From: a virus | Virus record (IMG/VR): IMGVR_UViG_3300043811_000032 | Coordinates: 1-64,000 of that record | Strand: one strand, 5' to 3' | Length of the DNA: 64,000 nt | Shown: in pieces, positions 1-9,111 of the stretch | Numbering within the stretch: position 1 is the stretch's first letter | Layout of the letters: the number at the start of each line of letters is the position of its first letter | Notes under the pieces: model-generated | What the model saw: only the letters and a program-made list of their open reading frames with translations | Database searches by the model: none | What the model was told of the DNA's origin: nothing | Translations under genes and position numbers: made by a program

Positions 1-1700
1 TCGCCGTTGACCTTGACCACGCGGGCGATTTTGCCTTCGACCGACTTGACGACGCACAGGTTGCCCCGCTTGGTGCGGACGAGTTTGCCGGCGGCGACGG
101 ACTTCTTCTTGTCCTTGTCGTCATCGTCGGCCTTGGACACGCTCTTGGAAAGTTGCTCTGGTTTGAACCACACGTGTCCTGTCCCCCTTGCCCCTTCAAT
201 AGCAACGCCGATCTTGCCGGGTTGGCCCATCGAACTTCCGTCTGCGTTGGTCACGGTTCCCTTTTCTCCTGCACTCGGACCGGAGACGACCTTGACTGAA
301 TCACCCTCGCTGAATGCAGCTTTGTTGACCATCTTGAGCAACGCCAGGTGCTTGATGCCCACGCGCATCGACTTGGGCAGGCCCCGCTCCTCCATCGCCA
401 TGTCCACGGCGGGCTCGTTGGCGATGCCGCTGCCGGTCAGATCGGTAGCACGCATGGCCACGTCGTCGGCGATGTCCTCGGCCTTGCCGCCGGGAGGCAT
501 CGCACCGGTGTCGCTACCAATCGGCGGGGCCATGTCCTCGGCCATCTGGACGTAGCCGTCGTCGGCCTTGGGCGGGGCGTCCTCTACCTGCACCTCGTCG
601 AGGCCGCGCATCTGCAAGTAATCTTTCATCTCGCCGTCGAGCATGCCGTTCCCGTCGGCGACGGGTCCGTCGCTCTTGAGCACCCACAGGGACTTGCCGT
701 AGTAGCTCGTCCCGTCCTGTCGCTTCATCAGCACTTTGGGGTTGACCCACGCCTTGCGCTTACGCATACTGTCTCCCTTCTTGTTAAGGCGATGGATCTC
801 ACCGCCGGATAGTGACTTGTAACCGGGATGCGACTGCCTGACGCCGATGCGCTCAGCACGGAAAGCAGCCGACCGCTTGTCGGAGAACGGTCCGATGTTC
901 AGCCGCTTCCCGCCTTCTTCGAGCCAGTAATGAGTGCCATCCCATACGATGTCGAACCCGTTGACCGTGTCCTGTACGCTGCCTGCCTTGTTCACGCTCT
1001 TGCTCCTTGACGCTGCCATGTAGCCCTCTTGCCACGCCTTCCACGCTGGTCCGCCCGGTGTGTATGGATTCGCCGACGGTTGGTAGCCACTGTCCGCTGC
1101 TGCCCAGCCTTCCTTGTAGGACGCCGAGCCCTCGTACATCTTGGGCAACGCGAGATGGTGTACCTTGCACTCGCACTTCGCCTTGCAGCGTAGGCACTTC
1201 TTGCTGGTGGCTACTGCGCTCGGGTTCGACCCCACGGAACACAGGGTGAACTCCAACAGCTTCCACTCGGGGTAGTGGTTGCCACCGCCGCTGTTGCGCT
1301 TGGTCTGGCCGGTCGGGACGAAGCTAATGCTGCCCCCCTTGACCGTGCCCTCCTGCACCTGTCCCCATATCTGTTCGGCCTTCGGGTTGGCCCGACTGAA
1401 TTGCACGCGACCGAGCAGGGCCATCCGCTTCGGGCCGAGGATCTCGGGGTAGTTGGTGCCCTCGCCCACGTAGTCGTTGAACGGCTGTCCGACGATCTGG
1501 CCGATAGGCTCGCTGTCCGTGTCGTGGTTCCACTGCACAGTTGGGTTGAGCGAGAACTCACTGAAGTTGCCGCCAGTCGGGTCTACCGTTTCTCCGTCGC
1601 GATCTGTGTCGCCCGTCGTCATGACCCAGACACGGGTCCGGGCCTGCTGGTCGACTTGATTGGTCGGCTGACCCTTCAGTTTCTTCAGTACTTTGTCCAC
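1..1700 (-). CDS. HK97-family prohead protease with long modular C-terminal extension (partial, runs off left edge; absent from ORF track)
   Basis: Manual translation from GTG at 1700: MDKVLKK...TGDTDRDGETVDPTG...NPTVQWNHD...PIG...GGSISFVP...WKLLEFTLCSVGSNP (HK97 protease His and Ser motifs). No stop before position 1; extension has RMF-like and KOW-like modules. Confidence 0.85.
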   Translation of the reverse strand, partial: MDKVLKKLKGQPTNQVDQQARTRVWVMTTGDTDRDGETVDPTGGNFSEFSLNPTVQWNHDTDSEPIGQIVGQPFNDYVGEGTNYPEILGPKRMALLGRVQFSRANPKAEQIWGQVQEGTVKGGSISFVPTGQTKRNSGGGNHYPEWKLLEFTLCSVGSNPSAVATSKKCLRCKAKCECKVHHLALPKMYEGSASYKEGWAAADSGYQPSANPYTPGGPAWKAWQEGYMAASRSKSVNKAGSVQDTVNGFDIVWDGTHYWLEEGGKRLNIGPFSDKRSAAFRAERIGVRQSHPGYKSLSGGEIHRLNKKGDSMRKRKAWVNPKVLMKRQDGTSYYGKSLWVLKSDGPVADGNGMLDGEMKDYLQMRGLDEVQVEDAPPKADDGYVQMAEDMAPPIGSDTGAMPPGGKAEDIADDVAMRATDLTGSGIANEPAVDMAMEERGLPKSMRVGIKHLALLKMVNKAAFSEGDSVKVVSGPSAGEKGTVTNADGSSMGQPGKIGVAIEGARGTGHVWFKPEQLSKSVSKADDDDKDKKKSVAAGKLVRTKRGNLCVVKSVEGKIARVVKVNG

Positions 1701-4700
1701 TTACGCCACTCCTCCTACGTGTTCTATCCCGCTCGCCCCTATCGTCGCCGGCTTGCCGCTCGGATCGTTGGGGAAGATAGCCCCGCCACCACCCTTATCC
1801 TTCTCCCAGTCTCGCTTGACTCCCTCCGCATCCCACAGGGCACAGCAGTCGCGGTCGGTCACGGCAAACTGGACCCGAGGCTCGGTGCAGAATCCGTCCT
1901 TCACCCAGCGACAGTTGCCGCAGTTCGTACCCTTCACGCTGGGCGGCAGGTGCACGAAGTCGACCTTCTCTGCCCGCTGTACCTCGTCCGGTGACAGGGC
2001 CTTCCCCATCCGCCAGTCGTAGTTCTCACCTGAAGGATAATCATCGGTGTTCGCTTTGCTCAACGACTTCAACGCATAAAGGGTTCCGCCAGGTTTCTTT
2101 AGATCGTCGATGTCGTGAGCCATGCCCATGCGCAGCATTCGGGAGAGGATGACCTCCATCAGCTTTGGCTCGCTGAACTTGGTGCGCAGCTCCTGCAGGG
2201 ACCGAGGACGCTCACGGAGCATGTTAGTTAGCCAACGTTCGTACTTGTCGTAATCCTCGTGCTCGTCCCACTTGTCTTCCCACGAAGCCTTGTTCATCAG
2301 TCGGTCCGCAGCCGAGTCCGCCTGCTCGAACGAGTCGAACGGTCCGTGCTCGTTCCAGGTGCCGACCGGTCCCAGCGTCCACCAGCCGTCCTCGCGACGC
2401 TCGGTGGAGAAGGGTGAGGTCTTGAACTGTTCTGGGACAGCACTACTGGGGACTCCTCGACGAGACAATTCATCATCTACCGCGGTTCGCCAAGCTAACG
2501 CATAAGTTCCTGCTTCGTCACTCCACTCAGCGTAAGTCATTGCGTCTAAGCGTGCCCCGTTTGAACGTCGACTCTCTAACAATTTGCGAGTGCTCATTTG
2601 ATGAGCTATCTGCCTCTGCTTTGCGTCAGGCTCAACCCTACCTCCGGCCTTTCCCTTCCACCCGCCGATCCACGCTGCCGGCCACGGATGGTCGTCGGGT
2701 GCGGTTCCTGGAAAGTAGTCGACGCTGTCGGGCTCGGGCGGCGGCTGCTCCGGGTAAATCTCGCCGTCCTTGTCCTTGACCTGTGGAGCGGAGCCGCTGT
2801 TACCGTCTTGCCAGCCAGCGGTCCATCCACTTGCTTTGTATGGTTCACCAACTATGTAGGGGTTGTCCTCAGGACGTTCGCCTGACTCGGCGGCTCGGTA
2901 CCCTTCGGAGTACGCCACCTTGATGTCCCGCGTGATCGTAGGATCATCGCTGAACCGCATCAGCGCTGGACCCGGACCCTCAGGACCGTCGCCGACTTTC
3001 TCCTCAGCTCGCATGTCCGGCGTGCCAGGCACCATCACCAGATCACCCACAGCGAACCTGCCCATCCGATCCACGCTCGTCACCCGCACCTTGGCTGTGT
3101 CGCGGTCCGTGCCCTCGACGACGCCGGCCACGGTCTGGTCGGGCGTGGTGAACAGCACTGGCCAGCCATCGCCGCCCACCTTGCTGATCGACTGCGCCTG
3201 CACCGGTGCCTCGTCTAGTCCCGTGCCGCTCTCCGCGTGGCTCAGGTCGGACGGCTGCACACCCTCGGCGGTGCCGGCTGCCCGCACCTGCGGTCGCATG
3301 TCGTCGGCCAGATCGCCCGCTGCCGCCAGGTTCCACGGTGCGTTGCCGAAGCGATCCCCGAGGAGTTCTTCCGCGTTAGGAGCGACCTCACCCGACTTCT
3401 CCGGCGGCTTCCCCGTCGCCAGCGCCTGCCCGGTCTGCGCCTGAGCGATGCGTGCTGCCGACCCCTCGTCGTGCCCCTCGCGGAGCAGTGCCTGGTAGAC
3501 GTCATCGACCTTGGTGCCGGAGGGCTTCGTCACCACGTTGTCACCACTCGGCGTGGCGAACCCGTTGGCGTATAGCGGCGGCTTGGCGGTCTGTGGCGCA
3601 CGCTCCCCGAACTCCTCGGCCGGCGGCAGCGTCGGGTACGCCTGCACGGGGGCCTTGGTCTTGTCGTCCGCCACTTGCACCTTGCCACTGCCGAGGCAGG
3701 TCGGGCAGTTGCTGCCGCCGTCCGGTGCGACGCCCTTGCCGCCGCAGTCCTCGCACGTGACCTCCTTGGCCTCCTTGTCCTGCGGCTCGAAGTAGATCCT
3801 CGGCGTGGCGGTGCTGTTGCCGGGCGGCACATTGACGCCGAGCACGCCGCCTGCGGTCGCCTTCGTCTCTGGCTCCAGCAGCCGCAGCTTGTCGAGGATC
3901 TTGTCGTACTTGCCCTTGAAGCGCATGCCGCGGTCGTCGAGGTAGACCTTGACCTTGGGCTTGTGGTCCTCTATCGCATCGATGTGCCGGTCGAACTTCC
4001 ACTTGGTCAGCCACGCCTCGATCTGCTGCGGCGGGCGGCAGGAGAAGATGACCACCCGCCCGACCTTGGAGTAGAGTTTGGCCACGAACTCCTGAGCACC
4101 CTTCTGCGGGGGTGGCACGGCGTCGCCGAACTCGTCGTCGGTGCCGGCCATCCCGTAGGTGTTGAGCGTGGCATCGAAGTCTAGTGCCACGCTATCGATC
4201 TCGTACTTACCCTTGAACCACCACGGCTCGAAGTCGAGGATGGCGTCGAGGGCCTCGTCGTAGTCACCCTTATACCGCACCATCCGATCGTCGATGTACT
4301 TCTCCGCCCTCGGCTTCTCGGATATGACCTTCGGGTACGGTTGTCCGCCCATCGGGTCCGCTGTGCCGCCGCTGATGAGGTCATAGAGCTGGTATTTCTG
4401 GAGCCACTGGGTCACCTCGTCGACAGGGTGCGCGCTGTTGATCACCGTGCCGACCCGGTGCTCGCGGAGCGCCTCCAGGAACTCCTTGCATCCTTCCAGT
4501 GGCTCCAGGTGTGCGTAGTCCTCGCTCGTGTCCTTGTTCGCCAGCACGCCGCCCACGTCGAGGCACACGAGGCGGGAGACGCCGGGGAGCTTCTGCACTA
4601 TCAGGCTCTTATCCAACACAGAACCCTCTCGGCAAGTTATCGTTCCTGCACTGAATCGCCTGACAGTACCAGGGCGGGCATCTCTAAGCCACCTAGCCGC

Positions 4701-4982
4701 CGCTTCCTTCTCGCCCTCCGTCATCTGAGTCTTATCCAGTAGCTCGTCGGTCTCCCCCTCTGTATATTTCTCGCTCGGGTTGCCAAGCGAAGGAGAGACT
4801 ATAAAGTGTCTGTCGGCTGCTTTTTGCTCAGGCGGAGACTGCACCGTGTCCTCCGTCATCACGCTGCCCGGCATCTCCGTGCCGACCCGGTCCGCCACCG
4901 CCGCGTTATCGGTGTCGAGGACGAAGCGATCCGTGTACGGGAACTGGCTGCCGGGGTGCTCTACTCGGTAGGTCGGCATCAC
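1701..4982 (-). CDS. 1093-aa modular head-region protein (2 HAD-like domains, DnaJ-type Zn finger, RMF-like, HiPIP-like Cys motif)
   Basis: CLDVGGVLA...KPRAEKYIDDR and ALDFDATL...KPKVKVYLDDR (HAD-like); CEDCGGKG/CPTCLGSG; GYRAAESG..NPY..W..GW; NCGNCRW..GFC..V..CCALW. Confidence 0.7.
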   Translation of the reverse strand: MMPTYRVEHPGSQFPYTDRFVLDTDNAAVADRVGTEMPGSVMTEDTVQSPPEQKAADRHFIVSPSLGNPSEKYTEGETDELLDKTQMTEGEKEAAARWLRDARPGTVRRFSAGTITCREGSVLDKSLIVQKLPGVSRLVCLDVGGVLANKDTSEDYAHLEPLEGCKEFLEALREHRVGTVINSAHPVDEVTQWLQKYQLYDLISGGTADPMGGQPYPKVISEKPRAEKYIDDRMVRYKGDYDEALDAILDFEPWWFKGKYEIDSVALDFDATLNTYGMAGTDDEFGDAVPPPQKGAQEFVAKLYSKVGRVVIFSCRPPQQIEAWLTKWKFDRHIDAIEDHKPKVKVYLDDRGMRFKGKYDKILDKLRLLEPETKATAGGVLGVNVPPGNSTATPRIYFEPQDKEAKEVTCEDCGGKGVAPDGGSNCPTCLGSGKVQVADDKTKAPVQAYPTLPPAEEFGERAPQTAKPPLYANGFATPSGDNVVTKPSGTKVDDVYQALLREGHDEGSAARIAQAQTGQALATGKPPEKSGEVAPNAEELLGDRFGNAPWNLAAAGDLADDMRPQVRAAGTAEGVQPSDLSHAESGTGLDEAPVQAQSISKVGGDGWPVLFTTPDQTVAGVVEGTDRDTAKVRVTSVDRMGRFAVGDLVMVPGTPDMRAEEKVGDGPEGPGPALMRFSDDPTITRDIKVAYSEGYRAAESGERPEDNPYIVGEPYKASGWTAGWQDGNSGSAPQVKDKDGEIYPEQPPPEPDSVDYFPGTAPDDHPWPAAWIGGWKGKAGGRVEPDAKQRQIAHQMSTRKLLESRRSNGARLDAMTYAEWSDEAGTYALAWRTAVDDELSRRGVPSSAVPEQFKTSPFSTERREDGWWTLGPVGTWNEHGPFDSFEQADSAADRLMNKASWEDKWDEHEDYDKYERWLTNMLRERPRSLQELRTKFSEPKLMEVILSRMLRMGMAHDIDDLKKPGGTLYALKSLSKANTDDYPSGENYDWRMGKALSPDEVQRAEKVDFVHLPPSVKGTNCGNCRWVKDGFCTEPRVQFAVTDRDCCALWDAEGVKRDWEKDKGGGGAIFPNDPSGKPATIGASGIEHVGGVA

Positions 4983-5233
4983 TCACCATCCTTGAAGTGC
5001 TTGAAAGCTTCTTCGACCGCCTTATCTTTCTCCTGCTCTGTCGACCCGTTGAATGCACAGGCGATTAACCTGTTCATCGCCTTTTTCTTGTCAGCGGGCA
5101 TCGCTTTCATCCAGCAGGAAGAGCATTGCCCTGCCTCGGCTTCTCGCAAGGAATGGAGAGTCCTGCCGCACCCGTCGGTTCGGCAAACGTCCCACACCGT
5201 CGTGGTTCGACTTTCTGGTATTCGATTCTTCAT
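4979..5233 (-). CDS. small Cys-containing hypothetical protein
   Basis: ATG at 5233 coupled to upstream stop; CRTDGC and CSSC. Confidence 0.55.
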   Translation of the reverse strand: MKNRIPESRTTTVWDVCRTDGCGRTLHSLREAEAGQCSSCWMKAMPADKKKAMNRLIACAFNGSTEQEKDKAVEEAFKHFKDGE

Positions 5234-5652
5234 GCCGCTCCCTCCGGTCCGTTGGCTGCTACCTCCCTGTACTTGTCCAGCACCGCCTGTGCGATGGCGT
5301 CGCGAGTCTCTCGATCCAGCGGGTGGCACACGTCTCGGTGCACGTCCAGCTTGCCGTTAGGCTTGCGATAGTCACGGGTACGTTCGTCGAACGACGGCAT
5401 TAACTCGCCGCAACGCCCGCAGAAATCGTCGGTCACCGCCGGCCCCGCGACGCCGTCCCAGCCGGTGGCGTGGCACTTGGGGCACTGCATCGTCACCTTG
5501 CGGTTCGGCATGCACACGGTCAGCCGGCCGGGCAGAGTCTCGATCACCTTGCAGCCGTGGACGGCAAAGCGGTCGTCGAGGACGAAGCTCGCGTATGCCC
5601 GCAGCTTGCCGCTCTGCTCGACCGGGTAGATCGTGACCTCGGTGACGTTCAC
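5230..5652 (-). CDS. spoVG: SpoVG family nucleic-acid-binding protein with Zn-ribbon insert
   Basis: VTEVTI..KLRAYASFVLDDRFAVHGCKVI..MPNRK..RDVCHPLDRETR; CPKC/CGRC insert as in planctomycete SpoVG; GTG start overlaps upstream stop. Confidence 0.85.
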   Translation of the reverse strand: MNVTEVTIYPVEQSGKLRAYASFVLDDRFAVHGCKVIETLPGRLTVCMPNRKVTMQCPKCHATGWDGVAGPAVTDDFCGRCGELMPSFDERTRDYRKPNGKLDVHRDVCHPLDRETRDAIAQAVLDKYREVAANGPEGAA

Positions 5653-6221
5653 CGTAACTTCCTCTTGGACGTCAGACTCACTTCGACCGTGGAGCACTTG
5701 CAGAACGGATGACTCGGGGCATGGTACACCACTTGTCCGTTGACGATACCGAACGCTTCGCCCGGCCTGACGATCTTCCTCGCCAGATTCTTGCACTCCT
5801 TGCACGGCTTGCTGTCCACATCCCAACGCAGTCCGTTGCCCTTCGCTTTCGCCGCTATGCCTAGACACCGTTGCCTTGCCACGTTGTCCTCCTGCACGCC
5901 CACCGCAGCGGCACGGTCGGGACCAAACACCTCACCCAGCGGCCGGTCGTTGGCGAGCATGTTGCCCGTGGCTTCGTTGAGCTGTGCCGCCAGCTCCTGA
6001 GCGTGGGCCTTGGCCTGTGCCAGCGCTTCGTCAGCTCGGTCCGCCGGGGCCTTGGCTGATTTCAGTCCGGCAAGGTAACTGTTCACGAGAGCGTCAGTCA
6101 GCTCGGTGGCGAACGCGGCCGTGGCCCCGTAGGCCCTGCGCGTGCCGGTCTCCTTGATCATTTGCCGCTGGCGGCGGAACCAAGAGGAACAGACTCGGGC
6201 CACCTGCTGGGCGGTTCTCAT
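5649..6221 (-). CDS. MuF/SPP1 gp7-like minor head protein
   Basis: W..DSKPCKECK..G..F and C-terminal APSHPFCKC (P.HP.CRC-like); head module context. Confidence 0.7.
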   Translation of the reverse strand: MRTAQQVARVCSSWFRRQRQMIKETGTRRAYGATAAFATELTDALVNSYLAGLKSAKAPADRADEALAQAKAHAQELAAQLNEATGNMLANDRPLGEVFGPDRAAAVGVQEDNVARQRCLGIAAKAKGNGLRWDVDSKPCKECKNLARKIVRPGEAFGIVNGQVVYHAPSHPFCKCSTVEVSLTSKRKLR

Positions 6222-6766
6222 GCTCCTGTATACCTGACCGGGACTTCAATAGCACCCATTAACGCAGTCTCCTGACCACCGATCACCGCCGTCACCTTGT
6301 AGAAGTAGATCGTGTTGTGAACCAAGCTGGTGTTGTCCGTGTAGGTCGTCGTGGTGTTGCCGGTGTGCAGCAGGGTCTCTCCGCCGCTGACCGTGCCTCG
6401 ATATATCTTGTAGCTCGCCGCCCCCTGCACCGCGTTCCACAGCAGGACCACGGTGTTGCCGACTGTGCTGCCAGTGAGTCCAGACACTCCCAAGAAGCCG
6501 CCGACGCTGTCCACCTCGCTATCCCGCATCATGATCAACCGCCGTAGGTGGGCGTCGATATGGTGGTGCCGGTGCGTGTGCCGCTGACCGACCGTGAAAT
6601 CCAGCGGTGGCATTTTCGGGCTGGGTTGCAGGTGCTCGGGACCGTCCCTCGGCAACGTCTGCGCTTCGGCGATGGTCTCCTGCATGTTGTAAGTGGAGAG
6701 GACCTGGTTCCTCGGCACCTCCTGCAACGTGTAGCGGTTGAACAGCTTGTCGATGGAGTTACGCAT
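6218..6766 (-). CDS. virion-associated protein with C-terminal fibronectin type III-like domain
   Basis: VVLLWNAVQGAASYKIYRG..YTD..YFYKVTAV. Confidence 0.65.
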   Translation of the reverse strand: MRNSIDKLFNRYTLQEVPRNQVLSTYNMQETIAEAQTLPRDGPEHLQPSPKMPPLDFTVGQRHTHRHHHIDAHLRRLIMMRDSEVDSVGGFLGVSGLTGSTVGNTVVLLWNAVQGAASYKIYRGTVSGGETLLHTGNTTTTYTDNTSLVHNTIYFYKVTAVIGGQETALMGAIEVPVRYTGA

Positions 6767-6767
6767 C

Positions 6768-8012
6768 TCAGTTGCCGCTCGCGTCGCCGAGCCCGACGTA
6801 CGCCGACACCGTAGTTGCACTCTGGTTGGCTAGCGTCATCGGCTTGGAGAGTGCCGGCAGACCATCGCCCCGCCATACTACTCGGAACGCCGCTTGGTTC
6901 TGCAGGAATGCCCACTGGTCGCTGTAGTCGATAAACAGCCCGCGATGGCCGATGATGTAGAGAGCCGGATCAAACAGCACCACGCAGCCGTCTTGCGGCG
7001 CGGCCACGCCGACATCCGGCAGCTTCTCGGTCTCGTAGAACGGCCGACCGTAGAGCAGGCCCTGGCTACCATCCTCACCGGGGATGTAGTAGAGAATGCC
7101 GCCGAGGCCGGTGAGGTTGGCGATGAACTGCATGGCGCCGGGGCTCATCGCCCACACTGCCCGCTTCTTGCTCTGTGGCAGAAGCCGCTGGTACATGTTA
7201 CTCAGGTCGGTCTGCGTCACGGTGCCGTTCACTTGCCGTGCCACCTTGAGCAGGCCGGGACATTGCAGGATGCCCTGCGGACCCGAGCTGTCGAACTGAC
7301 CGGTGAAGAAGTTCTGGTCCGTCCACCACGCCACGGCCCTCGTCGTGAACTGACGGATGAAGGCGTCGAGTCCGGGGTAGTCCTGCATCAACTGGTTGCT
7401 CGCCAGCAGATAGCCGTCGAGGTCGGTCGTGGTCAGTTCTACGGACCTGAACGATGGCTCGGTCTCGCTGATACCGCTGCCCTGCGTCTGGTTGAAGCTC
7501 ATCACCATGCCGGCGAACAGGTTGGTGATGCCGCTGGACGCGCTGGGTGTGGCAGCAGAGCCGGTCGGTGCCTTGTTGGGTGCCGTCACCGTCGGGTCGG
7601 GCAGCGGCATCATCAGCGTGTTGCTGGTCATCGGTTGGACGAAGGCGCGGGGCCAGAAGATGGAGTCCTCCGCCACGTCCTGCATCAGACCGTAGGCGTA
7701 CTCGTAGGGCACGAGGGCTCCGCCGGTGCCGAGGGTCAGCTCCGACAGGCTCGGGCTGGCCACCTTCTGCACGCCCCAGCCGGAGCGGTAGACCTTGTCG
7801 ATGCGCCGCACGGCCTCTTCGCGGACGATGCCCGGTCCCTTGTCGATCCCCTTGCCGCGGAGATCGTCGGAGATGGACTCGCACAGCTTGTAGCTCTTGG
7901 CCTTGACGACGCAGTGGAGCCACTCGCCGAATGACTTTTCCACGTTGCCAACCATCTCAGGTGGTGGAGCGTTGACTCCGGCCATTGTCTTGGTCTTCAT
8001 TTCGATCCTCAT
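6768..8012 (-). CDS. HK97-fold capsid protein (major capsid or paralog)
   Basis: GGALVP N-arm motif, G.SETEPSFRSVEL, G..GPQGIL, LYGRP..TE..P, F.QNQAAFRVV.R.DG. Confidence 0.85.
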   Translation of the reverse strand: MRIEMKTKTMAGVNAPPPEMVGNVEKSFGEWLHCVVKAKSYKLCESISDDLRGKGIDKGPGIVREEAVRRIDKVYRSGWGVQKVASPSLSELTLGTGGALVPYEYAYGLMQDVAEDSIFWPRAFVQPMTSNTLMMPLPDPTVTAPNKAPTGSAATPSASSGITNLFAGMVMSFNQTQGSGISETEPSFRSVELTTTDLDGYLLASNQLMQDYPGLDAFIRQFTTRAVAWWTDQNFFTGQFDSSGPQGILQCPGLLKVARQVNGTVTQTDLSNMYQRLLPQSKKRAVWAMSPGAMQFIANLTGLGGILYYIPGEDGSQGLLYGRPFYETEKLPDVGVAAPQDGCVVLFDPALYIIGHRGLFIDYSDQWAFLQNQAAFRVVWRGDGLPALSKPMTLANQSATTVSAYVGLGDASGN

Positions 8013-8029
8013 GTTCTGTCGGCCGATTC

Positions 8030-8275
8030 TCAGACGTCCAATTTCGCAGTTGGGAAGTACAACACGAGATCATTACCGCTGCTGCTGGTGTTAACCGCGG
8101 TGACCAAGATAATGTTCGGCACTAAACTGGACGCCTCCGGCCCAGTTACCATGCCCCAGTAGAGGCTGGCGGTGTGCCAAAAGACGCCGCCGACAGGCAG
8201 GGTCGAGAGCGCAACCGGAACAGGAACGATCACGGGTAACTCCTTTGGAACGATCATGGATACGTAAGAGTCCAA
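8030..8275 (-). CDS. hypothetical protein
   Basis: Fills gap between structural genes on coding strand. Confidence 0.45.
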   Translation of the reverse strand: MDSYVSMIVPKELPVIVPVPVALSTLPVGGVFWHTASLYWGMVTGPEASSLVPNIILVTAVNTSSSGNDLVLYFPTAKLDV

Positions 8276-9111
8276 GTGTTTTTCAGGTACGCCATTGCTT
8301 TGGTATCATCGATGGCATCAGTTGTTGGGGCGTCCGTGTTGGTCAGAAACTGCTCGCCGATGTATTGACCAGTGTCCGTGACGTTGCCACCCTGCACCCC
8401 GCCAACAATTGTGTTAATCGTGAAATTGCCGGACAGAGTGCCGAGAGAAGCCTCGCCCATACCAGTGGACGTGAAATGAATCACGTTCGAGGCGTCACGG
8501 CGCACCCGAATCAAGATCCAGCCCGTCGATCCGGTAAATGCCGTACTGACAAATGACGACGCGTCATTCTGGGAATACAGGTTGTTGTCGGAGAACATCA
8601 AGATCAAGATGCCGTTGGTCGTGGTGTTACCGGCCGGATTCATGATCTTGCTGGCGGCGCGCGACACTGCGGCATAGAGGGTGAACGTTCCGCTGAGGAC
8701 CACCGCACTTCCTTGGCTCATGAAACCGCTGCCGGACAACCCCTGCACAGCGGGCAAGTTGTTCTGCTGGTTCGTGTTGAAAGTCGGTCTGTTGCCGCCG
8801 GTGGTCTGCGTGGCGTTGTCCGCATTGGTGCTCTGGTCGTTCCATTGCTCGATCAGCTGACCGTTGGTAGCCGGGGTCGATCCAAGGTCGCTGTAGACGT
8901 TCTTGTACGCCGCGAACCACCACTGCAGAGCGGCGCCGAATGTCAGCGGGGACCATGCAGCAGGTGGGGAGGAAGGCTTGCTCCCACCCACCCCGTACAG
9001 CTGCATCATCCGCCGTCGATCCCGCTTCGCCCGCCTGCTGACGACGGGCTCCCGCTTCGGCTGCATCAGCTTCAGTGCAGTCTGGTAGTCCTCCCAATCA
9101 CTCGGTAGCAT
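8254..9111 (-). CDS. putative virion beta-sandwich (LamG-like) protein
   Basis: WSP..LQWWFAA..TPATNGQLIEQWNDQS..ATQ..RPTF pattern; Thr/Gly/Asn rich. Confidence 0.6.
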   Translation of the reverse strand: MLPSDWEDYQTALKLMQPKREPVVSRRAKRDRRRMMQLYGVGGSKPSSPPAAWSPLTFGAALQWWFAAYKNVYSDLGSTPATNGQLIEQWNDQSTNADNATQTTGGNRPTFNTNQQNNLPAVQGLSGSGFMSQGSAVVLSGTFTLYAAVSRAASKIMNPAGNTTTNGILILMFSDNNLYSQNDASSFVSTAFTGSTGWILIRVRRDASNVIHFTSTGMGEASLGTLSGNFTINTIVGGVQGGNVTDTGQYIGEQFLTNTDAPTTDAIDDTKAMAYLKNTWTLTYP

